In this document: piece by piece, positions 57,104 through 64,000 of the stretch | Layout of the letters: each line of letters begins with the position of its first letter | How positions within the stretch are numbered: position 1 is the first letter of the stretch | NCBI GenBank assembly: GCA_951406725.2 | Contig: OX597822.1 | Location: 67,828,001 to 67,892,000, forward strand | Length of the DNA: 64,000 nucleotides | Source: Octopus vulgaris | Lineage: Eukaryota | Direction: 5' to 3' | Program-made: the position numbers and the translations under genes | Notes under the pieces: generated by a model | What the model was told of the DNA's origin: nothing | The model's database searches: none | Seen by the model: the letters and a program-made list of their open reading frames with translations, nothing else

Positions 57104-57545
57104 TGGTATTTTTATAAGCTCAAGCTTCTAGCGATCACCGTGCAAATGACTAAGGAAAATGGCGCATATAAGCCCTCGACGGGAAAAAAAAGCTAGATTT
57201 TCCTGTACGCGTAGTACTCGAACCCACAACTTTTTGTAAATGCGACTGTTACCGATTACGCCAGCGAACCAGCCTGGTCCTTTCTGTCAAATTTAAGAAC
57301 TATATTAGTTTGTAGTTGATTTTGTAAACAAACTTTCTGATTTTTGGTGCGAATGGTTTTGTTAAGTGTTGTCGAGTTATACAATTCTGTAAATAATAAT
57401 AATGGTATTTACATAAGCTTAAAACTTATAGCGATCATCGTGCAATGACTAAGGAAAATAGTCTAATAACTGTGCATATAAGCCCTCGACAGAAAAAAAT
57501 AGGTTTTCCCGTACGCGTGGGACTCGAACCTACGTTCCTTTGTTA
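57104..57545 (-). mobile_element. Two tandem copies of a short tRNA-headed repeat (family D)
   Basis: Copies at ~57104-57275 and ~57403-57545; A-box TGGCGTAATCGGT in the first copy, B-box GGTTCGAGT(A/C)C, shared body GTCGAGGGCTTATATGC...TTTTCCTTAGTCATT(T)GCACG. Confidence 0.65.
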
Positions 57546-58284
57546 ACGTGTGTGAATGGAGAAGCTGGCATTATATCTACTTCATGATTTACAATTGTTT
57601 CATCAATTGTGGAGGTGACAAATGAAACATAAGGCATTTGAACACGGGTGAGAACAGTGACATAGTCGTACCAATTATACAATATGTATAGCATAATAGA
57701 CTCCGCAGATATTTAATCATAACCGGAAGACGTTATATAATACATAAGAAAAGTAGATGAAACCTGACACTAGATTCCAGTAGGAGGAGCCAAATGAAGA
57801 ATTTTAGGAAGAGGATGAATATACAGATCAGGTGTAGTTTTTGATATCACGAATAGATGAATTCTTGAATTAATCGAAATGCCGAATCGCTAAGCTATGA
57901 GAAGGTAAATATATCAACGCCTGTTGTGTAATTTTGGTGGAGAAGAGGAGGACACATTCATAAACTCAAAAATCCATATTCATAAACAAACATGCATATA
58001 GGGTGGTCATGGATTTCCGTACTTTACCGTTTTCTTATATTTTTCACAGGATTGGTCCCAAGTTCAGTCATATTACACTTAACACAAAATAATATAGCTT
58101 CAAAGCAGAATTTTTTTTAACCAGTCAGTTATGCATGCACCTCTGTGTTTGTGTGTGTGTGTGTGTGTATGTGTGTGTATGATAGATTCTTTTTCTGCGT
58201 ATGTTTGAAGGTCGTGCTACAAGGTACAACCTTCGCATGATTCTATGTTTGTGTGTCTGTATGTGTGCAGATATGTATGTGCAT

Positions 58285-58319
<35 letters not shown>

Positions 58320-58376
58320 AGTATGCGTTTGTGTAACTGAGTGTAGGGTTACAGGGTACATACTATGCTTAGATAC

Positions 58377-58473
58377 CTGTGGGTTCCTTTAACTTTGATG
58401 GTGTTGTAGGGACGTCTGAGACATTTTCAAACATGGAAGCCTTTTCTTCTTCAGACCCGATTGCAGAAGACTT
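58377..58473 (-). CDS. Candidate internal exon (KSSAIGSEEEKASMFENVSDVPTTPSKLKEPT)
   Basis: Polypyrimidine tract and AAG|AAG (NAGNAG) acceptor, open frame, CAG|GTATCT donor; unique sequence between microsatellites; no family recognised. Confidence 0.4.
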
Positions 58474-58699
58474 CTTTATAGAGTGTGGGAAGAAAAGAAC
58501 GACATTAAACGAATGACAGTGTGGGATTTGAAGCGACCCGGAACGAATACCGCAAGGCATTCGAACCGATCCTCTAAGGTTGGTGCTGAATGTGTCTGTG
58601 TATGTATGTAAGTGCTTGTGTGTGTTTGTACAAGTATGTGTGTGTGTGTGTGTTCCTATGCATGTATGTAGGTATGCAAGCACGCATGCATGAATGTAT

Positions 58700-59014
58700 G
58701 TATCCGTGTATGTATGTATGTATGTGTGTGTGTGTATGTATGTATGTATGTATGTATGTATGTATGTATGTATGTATGTATGTATGTATGTATGTATGTA
58801 TGTATGTACGTACGTACGTACGTACGTACGTATGTATGTATGCATGTATGTATGTATGTATGTATGTATGTATGTATGTATGTAGATAGTTCATCCGATA
58901 GGTAGATAAACATAAAGCAGACAGAGACAAGAACAGATAGAAACAAAGATAGATACAGAGAGAGAAAGATGGAGGGGGAGATAGATAGGCAAACAGATAA
59001 ACAGAAAGACAGAC

Positions 59015-59101
<87 letters not shown>

Positions 59102-59188
59102 GCAGGGGTAGATTTTGTTAACAGCCTAAAGTAAATATACATGTGTATGAGATATATATATGAGTATAAATACGATAAATTTAGGCAG

Positions 59189-59247
<59 letters not shown>

Positions 59248-59260
59248 GAGAAAGAAAGAT
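58700..59260. repeat. (TATG)n, (GATA)n and (GAAA)n microsatellites
   Basis: Read directly. Confidence 0.95.
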
Positions 59261-59853
59261 GCATTGACATGACTGAGTCGTCTCTCAAAGAACGATGATG
59301 AGTATGCTTTAAAAAAAAAAAGAGATGCGAAAGAACCGTCAAGGAACGGGTGGAGATAAGCCACGAAAGAGGTGACTATTTGGAAAAAAAACAAGAAGCA
59401 AAAAATAGAAAATAAAAAATGAATTTTTTTTTTTTTGTCGAAGTTGGAAATAAAGAGATAACAACAGATAGAGAAAAAAAAACAGATTGTTGACAGCGAT
59501 AATATTGATCTTGTGTGTAGCATACGAATGTTCGGATTGTCTGTATGTAAGCATGTATGTATGTGCGGGGAGGGGTATGGAGCTGTGAATGTATATAGAT
59601 ATATGTTTAGAGTATGTATGTATGTATATATGTATGTATGCAAACTGATATATATTGTTGTACATGTGTATGTATATAATTGCAAAAACAGAAAACACTT
59701 TTGCATACAAATGCTTACGTCTTTTTTTACATACAAACTGGATGTGTATTCATATACGTATATGTGTGTGTATGTGGATGCGTGTATGTATATGTAAATG
59801 AATGTATATATATATATATATGATATCTATCTATCTATTTATCTATATATACA

Positions 59854-59926
<73 letters not shown>

Positions 59927-60003
59927 ATGCACACACACGTATGCTATTTATATACGTATAGACAAAAATATAGATAGATAGATAGATAGATGTGTATATA
60001 TGT

Positions 60004-60043
<40 letters not shown>

Positions 60044-60066
60044 GTACGTATGCATGTATGTATACA

Positions 60067-60113
<47 letters not shown>

Positions 60114-60135
60114 ATTATTTCTGGCAAACAGTCTT

Positions 60136-60166
<31 letters not shown>

Positions 60167-60670
60167 ACGTACGCATGTATATGTACATCTCTGAATTAGT
60201 TTATGCTCATACATGCATTCATACAATCATACATATATTACAGAGATGCATAGCGTGTGTGTGTGTGTGTTTGTAATTGTGTGCGCACATGTGTGCACGT
60301 ACGTACACGTCTGTGTGTTTCTAAACAGACATATGTGAGGCCCACCACGGATCGCATGTCATGTCAGACATTCCTTTGTGATCCCTTTGAGGTGGGACGC
60401 ATATTTGCACCGAATGACATTAGGAATGCCAAACAAAACAAAATCTATGAGCAGAAAACGATGAGACCTAATTTCATCGATTGTTCTATAAGAAAATCTC
60501 ACTGTACATCTGCTAATCTACAGATGTATCACATGATCTCTCGTTTGTTATCTGTCTGTGTATCTTTCGGATTGTACGTCTATGTATCTATATTTGTTTT
60601 TATTTGTTAGTTACTTCATCTGTGTATACATCAATGTATTTTCATTCATCCTTATCTGTCTGTAGATCTT

Positions 60671-60735
<65 letters not shown>

Positions 60736-60819
60736 CATTCTACCCTTGTATACAAGTATCGAATTGTATATTTTTATACATATTGTCTGTCTGTCCGTTG
60801 CCTGTATCTTTCAATATGC

Positions 60820-60849
<30 letters not shown>

Positions 60850-60855
<6 letters not shown>

Positions 60856-61045
60856 ATATATGTATATATCCATATATATATATATCCATATATGTATATA
60901 TCCATATATATATATCCATATATGTATATATCCATATATATATATATATCCATATATATATATATATACATATATATATGTATATATCCATATATGTATA
61001 TATCCATATATATATATATATATATATATATCCATATACATATAT
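60850..61045. repeat. TATCCATATATGTATA minisatellite derived from (TA)n
   Basis: Repeated TATCCATA interruptions in a TA tract. Confidence 0.8.
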
Positions 61046-61217
61046 ATATATGAGTTTTTGTGTGTGTATAGGTATATATAATGTCTGTGTATGACTACGT
61101 GTGTGCGTGCGTGAGAGTGTGATAAGTTATGAGTGTTGGAGTGTCTGTCTTTCTATCCACGTTTATCTGTCAGTCTATTGGCTTGTCTATATTTCATGTC
61201 TTCGTGTACAATGGGTG

Positions 61218-61249
<32 letters not shown>

Positions 61250-61271
61250 TGTATGTATGTATGTATGTATG

Positions 61272-61318
<47 letters not shown>

Positions 61319-61781
61319 CGAGAAAATGAGTGAAAGAGTAAGGGAAAAGTGAGAGATAAAGCAAGATGTGTAGATACGTATGCATACATACACATACATA
61401 CATAGAAAGATGTATGCATACATATAGACGTATGTATTTTACCTTCCCATGAATCGATACATGCCCCAGTACTGCTACAGCCATGTACCTCAAATTTATA
61501 AAAGACACAGATAATCTCTCTCTCTCTCTCTCTCTTCTTTCCTATTCTCCTCGTTCCCTCCCCCTTTCTCTTCCCTTTTCTCTCTTCTCTTTCTCTTTGT
61601 ATGTGTTTGCAGATGTGTGTGTGTGTGCGTATATATATATATATATGTTTATATGTATTATATGTGTATGTATGTATGTATGTATGTATGTATGTTTGTA
61701 TGTATGTTATGTATGTTATGTATGTATGAATGAACGTATATGCACTCACACATATTCGCAAACAATACGCATACACAAGTA

Positions 61782-61826
<45 letters not shown>

Positions 61827-61896
61827 TTGTATATAAGTATATGTATGGAGACAGACAGACAGACACAAAGACACACAGACACATGAACACACACAC

Positions 61897-61955
<59 letters not shown>

Positions 61956-63049
61956 CAGACATCTGCGTGTGCGTAAGTTGAAGTGGAAAATTCTTAAGAA
62001 TCCGATAGAAAGATTTGATGTATATATTCCGCTTCTCTCCACCCGGAGTTCAAATCTAAGTGCCTATCACCCTTTCGTGTTTCTTAAATAAAGTTCTAGT
62101 AACAAACAGTGGATTAGCAGAATTGTACAGATAGTCACGGCTTATGAAAATGTCTGCAATGAATCTTTTGCAGTTCCTGCCTGCATCGCCCAGCAGCCTT
62201 TATACTCAGTATGTCGCTGCTTCGAAAAACCTATATCCTACAAGTGGTCGGTTGAGGAATTTCCACAGCTGTCAATCAGCAGTTGAGACGTTGTTTGTGT
62301 GATAGTGGGTGACCTAGAAAGCAATGCTACCCAGGAAGGATTAGCTGTTTAAACTTATGGGTAGCACAAGATTTTTTACACTTGTGTGTCAGCGGGAAAT
62401 GTTATCTTACTGGAGCTAGATAAATCCTGGATACGTTTGTCGTGACTTCCCTGTTATATGGTCGATTAAACCAGATTACCTCTCAGTTCCAGGATTCAAT
62501 TTAAAATGGAGAGCTCTCTACTTCTTTATTATATTTTTATTGATGCCGTTCCTGGCTTGTGAATCAGTATACTGGGGACACGTTTATTGACCCTGGTTAG
62601 AAGATTCCTAAATAAATTTACTGAAATTTGAATTTTTGTGAATGTATAAAGTACTATCTTAAAATTTGGTAATGTGTCCGGTCTGTCCAACCAAATTAAA
62701 CATCGACCCAGTTTACATTAACCTCTATTCATCATATATAAATAAGACTACTCCGATATGTGTGTGTGTGCGTGTGCAGGTGCGTGCGTGTTTATGCATA
62801 TGCTTTCATACATAGACGTATGTATATTATGTATGTATACATAAATATTTACGTGAATATACGTATCTATACTTATACTTAGATATTTCTATATACACAT
62901 TTATATACGCATGTGTAGACACAGATAACTAGTCGTAGCTTCATCGATGCGTCTTCCTTTCTAACTACATTTACGAATATACACGACTACCCATTTCTTT
63001 AATATGCATATATATATAAACCATATACAGACATATACACAGATATATA

Positions 63050-63054
63050 CATAC

Positions 63055-63085
<31 letters not shown>

Positions 63086-63302
63086 TGTATGTATGTATGT
63101 ATGTATGTATGCATGTATGTATGTATGTATGTATGTATGTATGTATGTATGTATGTATGTATGTATGCATGTATGTATGTATGTATGTATGTATGTATGT
63201 ATGTATGAATGTATGCATGTATGTATGTATGTATGTATGTATGTATGTATGTATGCATGTATGTATGTATGTATGTATGTATGTATGTATGTATGTATGT
63301 AT
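63050..63302. repeat. (TATG)n microsatellite
   Basis: Read directly. Confidence 0.95.
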
Positions 63303-64000
63303 TATTTCACCAGTCTGTGTATTTCGTTCAGATTTTTCAAATTATCTGTTATTTATAGATTTATAAATTTAGCAGTCTACGATACCAAATGGCACTTTTA
63401 AAGATTAAATTATTCCGAAACACACTACTTTCATTATACAAATAATATATCTGCATATCAATGCATAAAACATTAAAAAGTTAAAGTAGAAAATAAAACA
63501 CTATTAGATGGTGCTTAACATTTTTTTTTATTATTTTTCCGACATGTATGATAGAAAATTCCAGACATGTTTCTACATTATTTTAGTTTCATCAACGACG
63601 TATAAAACTCATTGTAGATCGCCGAAGTCATAGCGAAAGAGCCGATAAGTAAATATATAAACATGTACATTTATTGGCCTATAAAAATCGTATTGTTTAA
63701 ACATTAAAAAAGATATTGTGGCCGCATAATACAGAGTTGGTAAGTGGACGATAAGATGCTTAAAGCATGGAGCATTGGAAATACTTAAATTGAATAAAAA
63801 CAATACGTTGTTTTAGTGTGTCATATTCTTTTCCTACTTAAACTTTTTGATGCTCCATACTTGAAATTCATTGAAAACTACTTAACTACTGTATATGCTG
63901 TAGATGGCGATACTCAATTGCTTAGTTCGTAAACAATTCCTATTTACCATGACAACAGATATCTACGTGCGTGTATGTGTGTATATGGACATATATATAT

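Overview
Repeat-saturated, AT-rich eukaryotic DNA with almost no protein-coding signal, probably intronic or intergenic. The compound microsatellites and the tRNA-derived SINE families resemble an octopus (coleoid cephalopod) genome, which is my inference from recalled repeat families. Nearly all ORFs in the track are translations of microsatellites. Real structure: (1) at least four tRNA-derived SINE families, about 30 copies, three with 17-21 bp target-site duplications (TSDs); (2) 3' fragments of Tx1/L1-like, R4/Dong-like (restriction-like endonuclease, RLE) and RTE non-LTR retrotransposons, the Tx1- and Dong-like ones embedded in specific microsatellites; (3) Penelope-like non-coding elements carrying minimal type I hammerhead ribozymes inside long inverted repeats; (4) two non-autonomous Helitrons with an identical 3' end; (5) a mariner-derived MITE and other fold-back elements; (6) a ~23 x 90 bp tandem array apparently amplified from a dispersed repeat; (7) one or two weak candidate exons on the minus strand. 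The most notable findings are the hammerhead-bearing palindromic elements, a SINE subfamily whose 3' tail matches the (GATA)n-embedded Tx1-like LINE, and stacks of RLE retrotransposons in (ATAC)n. Coordinates of degenerate repeats are approximate.
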